From a virus (taxonomy: Duplodnaviria; Caudoviricetes): 57,497 nucleotides of DNA. Every line of letters starts with the position of its first letter. Positions within the stretch are counted from its first letter, which is position 1. The stretch lies in the IMG/VR virus record IMGVR_UViG_3300020582_000009, positions 1-57,497 of that record. The stretch is one strand, 5' to 3'. This document shows, piece by piece, positions 1 to 9,297 of this stretch. The notes under the pieces were generated by a model. It was given only the letters and a program-made list of their open reading frames with translations, did no database searches and was not told where the DNA came from. The position numbers and the translations under genes were made by a program.

Positions 1-3
1 TCT

Positions 4-148
4 AAATACGCTTCCGCAACGCATCGCTGTGGCGGGTGGTCGGTTCGGACAATTACGAAAGCCTGCTTGGTTCGACGCCGGCCGGAATCGTGTATTCGGA
101 ATGGGCGCTTGCGGACCCCAATGCGCGGGCTTTCCTGCGGCCGATTCT
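4..148 (+). repeat. Terminal overlap, copy 1 (matches 57353-57497)
   Basis: 145-nt direct repeat with offset 57349 and one mismatch (C22 vs G57371); lies inside terL, so most likely an assembly circularisation overlap. Confidence 0.95.
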
Positions 149-1064
149 CGCGGAAAACAAGGGTTGGGAACTATTCATCACGACGCCTCGCGGCGCCAAT
201 CACGCGCAAAAGACCTATCAAGGTTTTCGCGATGATGCCGATGCTTTTGCGCAAATCCTGACTGCCGATGATACGGGCATTTTTACCGCCGACCAACTCG
301 CTTATGAGCTCAAGGAATATCAGCGCGACTATGGGGAAGACGAAGGCCGCGCCCTTTTTGAACAGGAATATTATTGTTCCTTTGAGTCGGCGCTCGTTGG
401 CTCCTACTACGGGTCTTATCTCAATCGCGCGCAAAAGGACGGTCGTATCCAACAATTGCCGATTGATCGCGCCATTCCCGTTCACACGGCGTGGGACCTA
501 GGCATTTCGGATTCGACGGCGATTTGGTTTGTGCAATGTGTCGGTCAGCAGCGCCGCTGGATCGATTATCACGAGGCCTCTGGCGTCGGGCTTGACGAAT
601 ACGCGAAAGTGCTTGCTGAAAAACAGAAAGAATTCGGTTGGGTCTACGGCAACCACTATTTTCCGCACGATATCGAGCATCGCGAACTCGGCAACAAAGG
701 ACTTTCGCGGGTCGATACGCTTCGCGGTCTCGGCATCAAGGCGACCGTCGTGCCGCTGCACAATGTCAATGATGGGGTCAATGCGCTTCGTCGGATGCTC
801 GATGCCTCATGGATCGATGATAAGCGTTGCGAACGCGGACTTAATGCCCTTCGGAATTATCGCCGCGCCTGGGATGAAAAGTTGAAAATGTTTCGTGATG
901 GTCCGGTGCATGATTGGGCTTCCCATGGCGCGGACGCGGCAAGGACTTTCGCGGCGGGTTATCGGGAAGCCAAGGCTAAAGTGAATTTTCCGAACGCATC
1001 GGGACCGAACTATGGAACATTGCCGGTGGATCGCGGCACGGGCTGGATGGGTGGACGCGCGTGA
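36..1064 (+). CDS. terL: Terminase large subunit, 3' part (continues in frame from 56941 across the join)
   Basis: Walker B-like GIVYSE, coupling motif ITTPRG, nuclease motifs AWDLG and HDWASHGADA; C-terminal GWMGG. Confidence 0.95.
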   Translation: MVGSDNYESLLGSTPAGIVYSEWALADPNARAFLRPILAENKGWELFITTPRGANHAQKTYQGFRDDADAFAQILTADDTGIFTADQLAYELKEYQRDYGEDEGRALFEQEYYCSFESALVGSYYGSYLNRAQKDGRIQQLPIDRAIPVHTAWDLGISDSTAIWFVQCVGQQRRWIDYHEASGVGLDEYAKVLAEKQKEFGWVYGNHYFPHDIEHRELGNKGLSRVDTLRGLGIKATVVPLHNVNDGVNALRRMLDASWIDDKRCERGLNALRNYRRAWDEKLKMFRDGPVHDWASHGADAARTFAAGYREAKAKVNFPNASGPNYGTLPVDRGTGWMGGRA

Positions 1065-1225
1065 TTGAACAACAGAAGCCTATTGAACCGCCGCAGGATC
1101 AACCGGCGCCCCGCTGGCAGGCTGAGTCGCTCTCCAATGCACTCAAGGTCCGCCGCGGCATTCCCTTGCAGCCCAAGCCTGACAATTCGCCCAATCGCGG
1201 TTCCGGCTGGATGGCTGGCAAATGA
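1061..1225 (+). CDS. 54-aa microprotein ending in a TerL-like GWM tail (not in ORF track)
   Basis: GTG overlaps the terL stop and the TGA overlaps the portal ATG; translates MIEQQKPIEPPQDQPAPRWQAESLSNALKVRRGIPLQPKPDNSPNRGSGWMAGK. Confidence 0.65.
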   Translation: MIEQQKPIEPPQDQPAPRWQAESLSNALKVRRGIPLQPKPDNSPNRGSGWMAGK

Positions 1226-3399
1226 CGGCCGTCATCGCGGCACAGGACGAAAAGAGCGCTACTGGCGACGACGCCGTGGTGCTGGAAGCGTTCGAACGCT
1301 GGAAAGCCTGCAATGACTGGCAGGGCGTCCAGGACGAGCGAATCCGCGAAGACATCAAATTCGCCAACGGCGATGCGCGCAATTCGTGGCAGTGGCCGAC
1401 CAAGATTTTCGAGGAAAGAAACGCGGCCGGTAATGAACTGCCTTGTCTGACCATCAATAACACGCGCGTTCACAACGATCTGATCATCAATCAGATTTCA
1501 AAGAACAATTACGGCGTCAAGATCAGGCCGACCGGAGGGAAAGCGACCTATCAATCGGCCCAGGTGATGCAGAGCATCATCCGCCGCATCGAGGATATTT
1601 CGAAGTTTTCCGCGGCACGGCGCAAGATCACCGAACAGCAGGTCGATGGCGGTATCGGTTATTGTTTGATTGAAACCGCCTATGTGTCGAATCGATCGCG
1701 CAACCAGGATATCTATCTCAAAGCGTCGCGCGATCCGACCGCGGTCTATCTCGATCCATGGATCAGGGAAGCGGATGGTTCCGACGCCAATTTCGGGTTT
1801 GTATTCGAGCGGCTTCCGCGCAAGGAATTCGATCGCAAATATCCGAAGTGGAAAAACAAGGTCGGGACCGCCCCGATCGATGCCACGTTCGCCAACTGGA
1901 TTTCCGACAAGGAAATCATGCTGGCGAAATACTTCCGCAAGAAACAGAAGCCCGACACTTATGTCTGGTACAAGAATGCCACGGGTGAGGAAATCGAAAA
2001 GCTTGCCTCCGAAATCAAGGAAGAAAGCGGCGACGACATCTATAAAGCCTTGATGAAGGATATCAAGGATGGCGTGATCGATGGCGGTACGCGCTCGGTA
2101 TTCGACGACCAAGTGGAATGGTTCCTGATTGCGGGCGACACCGTCATCGACAAAGGCGATTGGGCTGGCAAATACATTCCGATCTGCCGCTGTGTGGGCC
2201 GCGAACTGATCATCGATGCCACGCTCGATATCAAGGGCCACACGCGGCCTCTCATCGACGCGCAGCGCATGCTCAATTTCTCCGCCTCAACCGATGTGCA
2301 GATGAATGCTTTGCAGCCGAAATCGCCGTTTGTCGGCTCGGCGGAGGCGACGGAAGGGCAGGAGGGCTGGAAATCGGCGAATATCAACGCGTTCGCCGTG
2401 CTGCTCTACAATCAGTTCGACGATGAGGGTAATAAGCTCGACCCTCCTGTACGGCAGCCGGCAGCACAGCCAAACGCCGCCTATCAGACCGCCATGCAGA
2501 ATGCCGAACGGCAGATGATGCTGATTTCGGGGCAATGGCAACAGGATCAGGGCCAGCCTCAGAATCAATATGCCGAGTCCGGCAAAGCCATCAACGCAAG
2601 GCAGCAGCAAGGCGATACGGCGACGTATCATTTTCCCGAACACCAGAGCGACATGCTGCGCTTCGTCGGTGTTCAATTGCTCGATCTGATCCCGAAGATT
2701 TACGATACCGAGCGCACGCTTCATATTATCGACGAAAAGAACGAGAAACGGTGGATTCGCATTGATCCCAATCAGGATAGCGCTCTGCAAGAATTACAGG
2801 CAGAGGAAAAGGACGAAGAAGCCGTGCGCTTCGCCTTCAATCCTTGTGTCGGCGAATACGAATGCGTCTCCGATCCTGGACCAGACTACGCGACACAACG
2901 TCAGGAAGCCGCCGACTCCATCGGCCAGTTGATGGCGGCGAACAAGGAATTGGCGGGCGTTGCCGCAGACCTCTACTTCAAGTATCTCGATTTCAAGGGC
3001 GCCGACGAGATCATGGAGCGTCTGCAAACCGAGTTGAAGGCGCAAAAGCCCTATCTGTTCAATAAGGACGTGAGTCCGCAGTTGCAGCAGGCGCAACAAC
3101 AGATGCAGCGCCTCGTGGCGCTCAATTCGGAATTGATGACCAAGCTTGCCGACCTCAATCTCAAACTCCGCGGGCGAGACGAAAAGCGCGACATCGAAGC
3201 CCATCGCGCCGATACCGAGCGCGATAAGATGATCCTGGAATTCCTGAAAAACACGATGTTGACCGAGACACAGAAAGCCGATCTCGATCACCAGATCATG
3301 CTGGCCGGCCATCAGCACATCTACGATACAATTCAACAGGTCAATGAAGCTGCGCTGAATCCGAGCGTGACCAATGGCAGCGGAAACGGGAGCCAATGA
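1222..3399 (+). CDS. Portal protein, P22 gp1-like
   Basis: 725 aa directly after terL; EDIKFANGD..WQWP, PCLTIN, ESGKAINARQQQGD, GPDYATQRQEA motifs; Gln-rich C-terminal coiled coil. Confidence 0.92.
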   Translation: MTAVIAAQDEKSATGDDAVVLEAFERWKACNDWQGVQDERIREDIKFANGDARNSWQWPTKIFEERNAAGNELPCLTINNTRVHNDLIINQISKNNYGVKIRPTGGKATYQSAQVMQSIIRRIEDISKFSAARRKITEQQVDGGIGYCLIETAYVSNRSRNQDIYLKASRDPTAVYLDPWIREADGSDANFGFVFERLPRKEFDRKYPKWKNKVGTAPIDATFANWISDKEIMLAKYFRKKQKPDTYVWYKNATGEEIEKLASEIKEESGDDIYKALMKDIKDGVIDGGTRSVFDDQVEWFLIAGDTVIDKGDWAGKYIPICRCVGRELIIDATLDIKGHTRPLIDAQRMLNFSASTDVQMNALQPKSPFVGSAEATEGQEGWKSANINAFAVLLYNQFDDEGNKLDPPVRQPAAQPNAAYQTAMQNAERQMMLISGQWQQDQGQPQNQYAESGKAINARQQQGDTATYHFPEHQSDMLRFVGVQLLDLIPKIYDTERTLHIIDEKNEKRWIRIDPNQDSALQELQAEEKDEEAVRFAFNPCVGEYECVSDPGPDYATQRQEAADSIGQLMAANKELAGVAADLYFKYLDFKGADEIMERLQTELKAQKPYLFNKDVSPQLQQAQQQMQRLVALNSELMTKLADLNLKLRGRDEKRDIEAHRADTERDKMILEFLKNTMLTETQKADLDHQIMLAGHQHIYDTIQQVNEAALNPSVTNGSGNGSQ

Positions 3400-3539
3400 T
3401 GCCGCTCAAGCGCGGAACGTCGAATAAGACGCGCGAATCCAATATCAAACGCGAGATTCGCGCCGGCAAACCCATCAAACAGGCGGTCGCCATCGGCTAT
3501 TCCGAACAGCGCCAGTCGCGGAAGAAAAAACGCCGATGA
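3396..3539 (+). CDS. Small basic phage protein (MPLK..NI.REI.AGKP.KQAVAI type; not in ORF track)
   Basis: MMPLKRGTSNKTRESNIKREIRAGKPIKQAVAIGYSEQRQSRKKKRR; ATGA overlaps at both ends. Confidence 0.8.
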   Translation: MMPLKRGTSNKTRESNIKREIRAGKPIKQAVAIGYSEQRQSRKKKRR

Positions 3540-3874
3540 ACGTCGAATCGCCATTCGTGACGGTATCGAAAATCCTCAATGAGCCGGTCAACACGTTCGA
3601 TGATTTGCGAATAATCGCCAAGGATTGCAAAGGGTTGTCCGATGCCGACAAAGAGATCATCGCTTCCGCTGCCGATGAACTGGAAGCGAGCCTTCGCGGT
3701 CATTTGGAAACCTGCACCAAACTCGTCAAAACCCAAGCCCGTCTTATCGCTGTGAATGACAGGCTTCTGGATGTAACGGCGGACTTGATCGAAGCCAGAA
3801 AACTCCGCAATATGCCGTTTCCGAATGTGACGCCTTCGCTTTATCCGCAAGGAAACTGGCCATGGCCGAAATGA
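3536..3874 (+). CDS. Hypothetical coiled-coil protein
   Basis: 112-aa ORF coupled by ATGA overlap in the late operon. Confidence 0.65.
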   Translation: MNVESPFVTVSKILNEPVNTFDDLRIIAKDCKGLSDADKEIIASAADELEASLRGHLETCTKLVKTQARLIAVNDRLLDVTADLIEARKLRNMPFPNVTPSLYPQGNWPWPK

Positions 3875-4144
3875 ATTCACCACCGCCCAAGCCGATGCCC
3901 CTCACGGGTATGCCCGATACGCTCGAAGGTCTCAACCCGCCGACCGACATGGACATGCGCAAGGGCGTGAAGTTCGGCAAGATGGACGTGAATCCGGGAC
4001 GGAAAGAGTCTGGCAAATGAATCTCATTGAGACTTTTGCCAAGATATGGCATTGCCGAATAGGTCATGTTCGGCTGAAACACGCATCCTATCTCAATTGC
4101 GCGTATTTTTATGCGCCTTATTATTGTGAGGATATTTGGAGTGA

Positions 4145-4621
4145 TTGGATTCGCAGAAATGCGGGCGCTTTGGAGAGATTTTCTTGATCGAGATCAACGG
4201 CGAGCAAATCTCGACCAAACAGGCGCGCGATCTCATTCGCATGCTCTACAATGACGCCAAACAGATCGCGGGCGAATTCCACAATATGGAGCGCAGCGAA
4301 AAGTTCCGCCTCAATTGGCCGAACGAATACGAATTCGCCTCGTCCGAATGGCGCAATTTCGTTGCGGCAACGCGGCAGATGTACACGGCACGGTTGGCCG
4401 ATCCGCATACGCCTGGGGATGTCAAACGCCGGATATTTCTGGCGCTCGTGCTGGAAACCAAGATCGCCGAAGGCCGGGAATCCGACAATCGCTTGCAGAT
4501 TTACCCGAACACGCAGCAATTCGTCGGTGATAAAATCGAGAATCGCAATATCCTGCAGAACTTCGGGAAAAAGCCGAACCTTCGCGCCTATCTCCGCCGT
4601 TCCACCGCGACCAAACATTGA
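4145..4621 (+). CDS. Hypothetical phage protein (start uncertain)
   Basis: Fills the gap before the scaffold gene; protein-like composition. Confidence 0.7.
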   Translation: MDSQKCGRFGEIFLIEINGEQISTKQARDLIRMLYNDAKQIAGEFHNMERSEKFRLNWPNEYEFASSEWRNFVAATRQMYTARLADPHTPGDVKRRIFLALVLETKIAEGRESDNRLQIYPNTQQFVGDKIENRNILQNFGKKPNLRAYLRRSTATKH

Positions 4622-4630
4622 AGGTGATCA

Positions 4631-5419
4631 ATGCCGCCTGATGCCCCGATCGAGCCTGTAGCCGAGCCGGTTGTTCCGCCGATCGTGGACGCGGTTGTCG
4701 AACCACCGATTCCTCCGGTCGAGCCTCCGGCGCCCGAGCTTCCGGCGCGGCGCGTCAACGATCCACTGATTTCGACGATTACGGGATTACGTGCGAAAAA
4801 TCGTGAATTGGAAACTCGCGCAGAAATCGCAGAACGCGAAGCGTCAGAAGCCAAAGCTCTGGCGGATCGTTTAGCTCGCAGCGGTCAAAATCCTGTTGCG
4901 CCCGTTGTTACGGCGCCGCCGCGCATATCGGATGACGAGGAAGTTGATCGCCGGGCCAACTACAAGTTATTTGTTCGCGACGTAAATCAGGTGCAAAGTC
5001 GCGGTATGGAGAAATACGGCACACAATTTGTGGAAACGATCAAAGCCCTTGAAGCCGTCGGCGCGAATAGCGACGTTTTTGTCTCCGAAGTGATGGCTGT
5101 TGATCGTGCCAATGCTCATGTGCTTCTCAATACGCTGGCGCAAGACTTGGAACGCACGGTTTCTCTCGTCAACATGGATCCGACCAGCCGCATTGCGGCG
5201 CTCACGAGGATGGCTATGGCTCCCGCCGCCGATGCAGACGCAAATTCGAAACAGCCGACAACTCCGCCCGCGCCGAGAGTCAGTCGCGCGCCCGCACCGC
5301 CGCCCCCGGTTGAACCGTCTTCGACCAAGATCAAGGACTGGCGTTCTGATGAAGCGAGCGACGAGGAATTCGACGCCGGTTTCACTGAAATGATGAAGCG
5401 GAAGTCGGCACGGCGCTAA
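4631..5419 (+). CDS. Capsid scaffolding protein
   Basis: Between portal and coat; Pro/Glu-rich N-terminus, coiled coil, VSRAPAPPPPV motif, short charged C-terminal helix. Confidence 0.8.
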   Translation: MPPDAPIEPVAEPVVPPIVDAVVEPPIPPVEPPAPELPARRVNDPLISTITGLRAKNRELETRAEIAEREASEAKALADRLARSGQNPVAPVVTAPPRISDDEEVDRRANYKLFVRDVNQVQSRGMEKYGTQFVETIKALEAVGANSDVFVSEVMAVDRANAHVLLNTLAQDLERTVSLVNMDPTSRIAALTRMAMAPAADADANSKQPTTPPAPRVSRAPAPPPPVEPSSTKIKDWRSDEASDEEFDAGFTEMMKRKSARR

Positions 5420-6165
5420 GGCTTCTGCTCCCGACGCCTCTGCCAAACAATTCGCATTTTTTCTGCTTGTCGCGCCTTCGCTTCGGGATCAGCCCATCTC
5501 GTTTGTTTACGATTTCGCAGACCGCCATTGGGATCAGCCCATTGCATTTTTGTAGCTTCCGAATGGCGCCTGATCGTCTCTGGATCACGTTTCGTGGCCT
5601 TCACTCTTTCGGAGTGCTGTTCTCGAACCCCGATTTTATTCCAATGCAACGCGAGTTTTGTGCTTACTTGCGCGCGATGTTTAGGGTCAGTCCATAATTC
5701 TTTGCTAAGAACGGATTGCAGCGCACGACGTTCTGGAGAACGGGCAAATTCGGCAAGACTTTTTCCTCTTTCTCTTAACCATTCCAGATATACTTGATCA
5801 TCCGATTGTTTCTTCGTAATGCCGAAATTGATCTTAGCGCGCGTAGCCTCGCTGTTGATAAAATTGGTCCGCCCGAGATTCGAAAGCCGCGAATTGAAAC
5901 ATTCATGTGTGGAAATAGCTTCCAATTCGGCTTTCGCTCTTTCTTGATAATCGTTATTCTCTAGATTCGAAAGTATCGAAAATGCAAAAGCCGCTGCGCC
6001 GTATTTATTCCAAGCGCGCTGCAAATACGAACAGTGATGCCGCTGGCATTTGAGGTCGCTTCGATGTTCAATCCACCTACGTTTCGGATGGAGACAACTT
6101 CCGATATAACATCGGCCGGACGCAAGATGGGTTATGGCGTAAATGAAACAAGGTCGCGTATCCAT
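5416..6165 (-). CDS. GIY-YIG homing endonuclease, free-standing and antisense
   Basis: FIYAITHLASGRCYIGS..RRW.EH..L N-terminal GIY-YIG domain; repeated HSE..K / WADP NUMOD3-like C-terminal units; lower GC than neighbours. Confidence 0.88.
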   Translation of the reverse strand: MDTRPCFIYAITHLASGRCYIGSCLHPKRRWIEHRSDLKCQRHHCSYLQRAWNKYGAAAFAFSILSNLENNDYQERAKAELEAISTHECFNSRLSNLGRTNFINSEATRAKINFGITKKQSDDQVYLEWLRERGKSLAEFARSPERRALQSVLSKELWTDPKHRAQVSTKLALHWNKIGVREQHSERVKATKRDPETIRRHSEATKMQWADPNGGLRNRKQTRWADPEAKARQAEKMRIVWQRRREQKP

Positions 6166-6204
6166 CGGACTAACTCGCAGTGGTCATACTTAGACTATAT
6201 ATGA

Positions 6205-6470
6205 TCATCGGCGAGAAAACAAAGCTTTTACCGGCTGAAAAGTCGGGTTTGGCCGTAATATCGCATTCGGCACGCGACGCTTAAACTTGAGCGTTATCAA
6301 GGTTCTCCCGCTCTTTCGGACTCGGGACCCGTCCTGAGCTCGGATATCTCCGAAGCTCCGTTCAAAGTAATCGACTGCTTTGAGCATCATACAATACGCG
6401 CCACGCAAAGGAATGGCGCCACACATGCTGGAAAAGCCAAGCACTGGCTGAGTATAGCGGAGCTTTATCA
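6205..6470 (+). ncRNA. Putative multi-branched structured RNA in the coat gene leader
   Basis: At least eight helices paired by eye, several with G-U pairs and one GAAA tetraloop (see findings); no credible ORF. Confidence 0.55.
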
Positions 6471-6482
6471 AGGAGATAGGCT

Positions 6483-7739
6483 ATGAACAACCTGCTGACT
6501 CCCAGCATGATCACGCGCTATTCGATCCGCATGTTTCTGAATACCAACTATTTTATTCAGAACGTGTCGCGCCAGTTCGAAAATCAGTTCGGCATCGAAG
6601 GCGCCCGCATCGGCGCGCAATTGCGCATCCGTTATGCCAACCAGTACACCGTCACGGACGGTCCGGGCATTTCGATCCAGGATACCACCGAACAACAATT
6701 CCTGCTCACGGTCGCCACGCAGCGCCATGTGGACGTGGCCTTCACGTCGGCGGAAACCACACTCGATGTGGACGATTACATGGAACGCATCGTTCTGCCG
6801 CGCGTCAATGCGCTCGCCGCCAACGTCGCCCTGCAAGTCATGGTGAACACGGCGACTGCGGTGCGCAACGCCGTCGCCAATGTGGACGCCAACAACAATA
6901 TTTTGCCGATCACCGATGGCCCGGTCGCATTGGCCCGCGCCATCCTCGAAGAAAACTCGGCGCCGAACTTCGGCGAAATGGGCATGCGCAAGGTCGTGCT
7001 TGCGCCGCGTTCCGACACGCGCATCCAGCAGGCGCTCCGCGGACTCTACAACCCGGTCGAATCGATCTCCCGGCAATACAATACCGGCATGATGTATGAG
7101 GCTTTGCAGTTCCGGTTCTTCGAGGATCAGTCGGTCGTCTCGCACACCACGGGATCGCTCACGACCGCGACTGTCAATGGCGCCAATCAGACCGGCCAGA
7201 GCCTCACGGTCAACGCCCTCGGCGGCACGATCAATGCCGGCGACGTGTTCACGATCGCGGGCGTCAATGCCGTGAACCGTGCCAACTTTTCCAGCCTGGG
7301 CACGCTGGCGCAGTTCGTTGCGACCGCCAATGCGGCGGCGAACGCGACAACGATCTCATTCTATCCGCCCATCATTCCGCCGGCCAATGCGAATCCCTAT
7401 GCGGGCCTGCCCTATACGGCGCAGCAGTATCAGACCGTCACGGCGTCGCCGGCCAACAACGCGACTATCACGCCATTTGCCAATGCCAGCGTGACCTATC
7501 GCGAGAATCTGGCCTATGCGCCGGACGCGATCACGCTTGTGGTGGCGCCGCTGTGGATACCGCCGAACGAAAAGGGCGTCATCGCGGCGGCGCGGCATGA
7601 GTATGATCGATTGTCGATGCGCTCGCTTGTGGTCTACGAGCCCACGACCGACCAGCCGGTGGATCGCCTCGATATTCTGTTCGGGAGCGGGGTGCCGAGA
7701 CCGGAATGGATCGTGCAGGCCATGGATTCGACGCCTTAA
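6483..7739 (+). CDS. Major capsid protein, P22 coat (gp5) family
   Basis: 418 aa; strong RBS AAGGAG; NNLLTPSMITR, ARIG..LRIR, GDVFTIAGV.AVN, RLDILFG motifs; strongly biased codon use. Confidence 0.93.
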   Translation: MNNLLTPSMITRYSIRMFLNTNYFIQNVSRQFENQFGIEGARIGAQLRIRYANQYTVTDGPGISIQDTTEQQFLLTVATQRHVDVAFTSAETTLDVDDYMERIVLPRVNALAANVALQVMVNTATAVRNAVANVDANNNILPITDGPVALARAILEENSAPNFGEMGMRKVVLAPRSDTRIQQALRGLYNPVESISRQYNTGMMYEALQFRFFEDQSVVSHTTGSLTTATVNGANQTGQSLTVNALGGTINAGDVFTIAGVNAVNRANFSSLGTLAQFVATANAAANATTISFYPPIIPPANANPYAGLPYTAQQYQTVTASPANNATITPFANASVTYRENLAYAPDAITLVVAPLWIPPNEKGVIAAARHEYDRLSMRSLVVYEPTTDQPVDRLDILFGSGVPRPEWIVQAMDSTP

Positions 7740-7851
7740 CCGAAAGCCGCCTTCCCGCTGCTAAGAGAACCGGCACTCAGCGCAAACACGATTCCGATCC
7801 GTTCGGCTTTCGGGCCATGGTGGACATTGCGGAAATCGGAATAAGCCGGTT
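7740..7851 (+). ncRNA. Putative pseudoknotted or switchable RNA element right after the coat stop codon
   Basis: Perfect complementary pairs 7740-49/7804-13, 7756-60/7778-82, 7768-74/7845-51, 7791-98/7835-42, mutually crossing. Confidence 0.5.
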
Positions 7852-7875
7852 ACACTTTCATCTAGGAGAATCACG

Positions 7876-8220
7876 ATGGCATTCGATCCAGAACAGCACG
7901 AAATCGATCCGAGGACCGGCTTGATGGTAGACAAGGACACCAAGCATTTCGTGGGCTTGGTCCCGCCGCCGGCTGCGGAAGTCAAGGATGTGGAATTTCC
8001 GAAGTGGATTACGCCGCACGAATCCCATATCCACCGGCAGGAATCGCCCGGTGCACCCGATCATATCTCGACCGATCAATGGGAGACTCACGTTGACCGT
8101 GCCGGCAACGTGACAGTTCTCGTGCACGATGCCGAGGCGGAAGCCTTGGCACAGGGCGCCAAGCAAGACTCGTCTCCCGCGGCCGACGCGGATGCACCAA
8201 AAAACGAACCTCTGGAATAG
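7876..8220 (+). CDS. Hypothetical post-capsid protein
   Basis: RBS AGGAG; EFPKW...VLVHDAEAE motif. Confidence 0.75.
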   Translation: MAFDPEQHEIDPRTGLMVDKDTKHFVGLVPPPAAEVKDVEFPKWITPHESHIHRQESPGAPDHISTDQWETHVDRAGNVTVLVHDAEAEALAQGAKQDSSPAADADAPKNEPLE

Positions 8221-8222
8221 CC

Positions 8223-8486
8223 GTGGCACAGAAAAAACCAGCGGCATTCCAGCACGTCGATGGCGGCCTGCGGGAGCAATTGCAGGGCAACGTCGTCGAT
8301 ACGGAACGGCCATTCATGGAACGGCTGATTTCCGGGATTGCGCTTGTGGCGGCGCGCGGATTGTTGGATGAAGCCAATAAAAACGGCTTAATGCTGCCGG
8401 GGAGTAGCGAACCGCCAGCACAGGTGCCCAATTCATTGCCGGCGCCCGATCAGATCGCGTCAACTCAAACCGAAAAAAAGGATTAG
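8223..8486 (+). CDS. Hypothetical protein
   Basis: 87-aa ORF tiling between neighbours. Confidence 0.6.
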   Translation: MAQKKPAAFQHVDGGLREQLQGNVVDTERPFMERLISGIALVAARGLLDEANKNGLMLPGSSEPPAQVPNSLPAPDQIASTQTEKKD

Positions 8487-8488
8487 CC

Positions 8489-9292
8489 ATGGCTTTCGAA
8501 CTGCCGCCGCGAAGTCAGGTCGGTTATCTGTCGCCGGACATCGCCGGTGAAGGCGTCAAGGTGATCATGTCGGACGGTGATCAGATCACCTATAATCCGA
8601 CGCCGCCAAAACCCGTCATGCCCGACTGGAGCGGCATCAAGTCGATCCGGCATTATTTCGGGCGGACGGATTTCCGAGTGTGGCCGGCGTGGCTCTACCA
8701 TCCGACGCAGGAACCGCGGCTCGTCAAGAATGAGTATGAGGCGGCGGACTTAGGTGTCTGCTTCCGCGAAGCGACATGGGAGGAAAAGGGCAAGTATGGC
8801 CGCGACCGGGTGTGGGACTGGAAAGACGAATGCCAATGGCGCCCGCAGCCTTATCCCGACACGATCAAGTTCGATCCGACCAAGCTGGAACAGGGCAAGG
8901 AGTACATTCGCACCCCGGTTCCTCAGCATACGCAGAATCGCGACATGCTGCAAATGATCCTGCCCGAAGTCACGGCGGCGGTGGTCAATGCGCTCAAACA
9001 GGGCGGTGCGGTCAATCCGACTGGAATCGATCCCAAGCAATGGGACGAGTTTCTGGCATTCCAGGCATGGAAGAAGACGCAGGAGGCGATCGATGTGGTC
9101 GCACCTCCAGTTGATGAGAATCAGACCATGATGTTCGGCGATCCATCGCAGCAAAGCGCGCTCGGTTCCATGGCGATGACCGAAGAACAGGAGCGCGCGT
9201 TGTGGGAGGTGGAGGCCAATAAGAAAGGCATCCGCATCGACAAGCGTTGGTCGCTCGATACGCTCAAAGAGCGCGTGCGCGCAGTGGACTGA
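8489..9292 (+). CDS. Hypothetical head-associated protein with C-terminal HeH/LEM-like motif
   Basis: WPAWLYHP..PRLVKN and terminal GIRIDKRWSLDTLKERV. Confidence 0.75.
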   Translation: MAFELPPRSQVGYLSPDIAGEGVKVIMSDGDQITYNPTPPKPVMPDWSGIKSIRHYFGRTDFRVWPAWLYHPTQEPRLVKNEYEAADLGVCFREATWEEKGKYGRDRVWDWKDECQWRPQPYPDTIKFDPTKLEQGKEYIRTPVPQHTQNRDMLQMILPEVTAAVVNALKQGGAVNPTGIDPKQWDEFLAFQAWKKTQEAIDVVAPPVDENQTMMFGDPSQQSALGSMAMTEEQERALWEVEANKKGIRIDKRWSLDTLKERVRAVD

Positions 9293-9297
9293 AATGA

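Noticed and set aside
1-148. Terminal repeat as a biological direct terminal repeat
   Set aside because: It falls mid-terL with the frame continuous across the join; its length and the few mismatches near base 1-22 fit an assembly overlap.
1498-2241. Long antisense ORFs (also 43475-44599, 53030-53944, 12965-13615, 29241-29870)
   Set aside because: They shadow well-supported genes on the opposite strand, as expected from GC-rich codon bias, and show no recognisable motifs.
5416-6480. Group I intron containing the GIY-YIG gene
   Set aside because: The flanking scaffold and coat genes are each intact, the endonuclease is antisense, and I could not identify P7/catalytic core motifs.
7737-7844. 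Stop-codon readthrough extension of the coat protein
   Set aside because: Readthrough adds only about 35 unremarkable residues and is out of frame with the next gene; no slippery site was seen.
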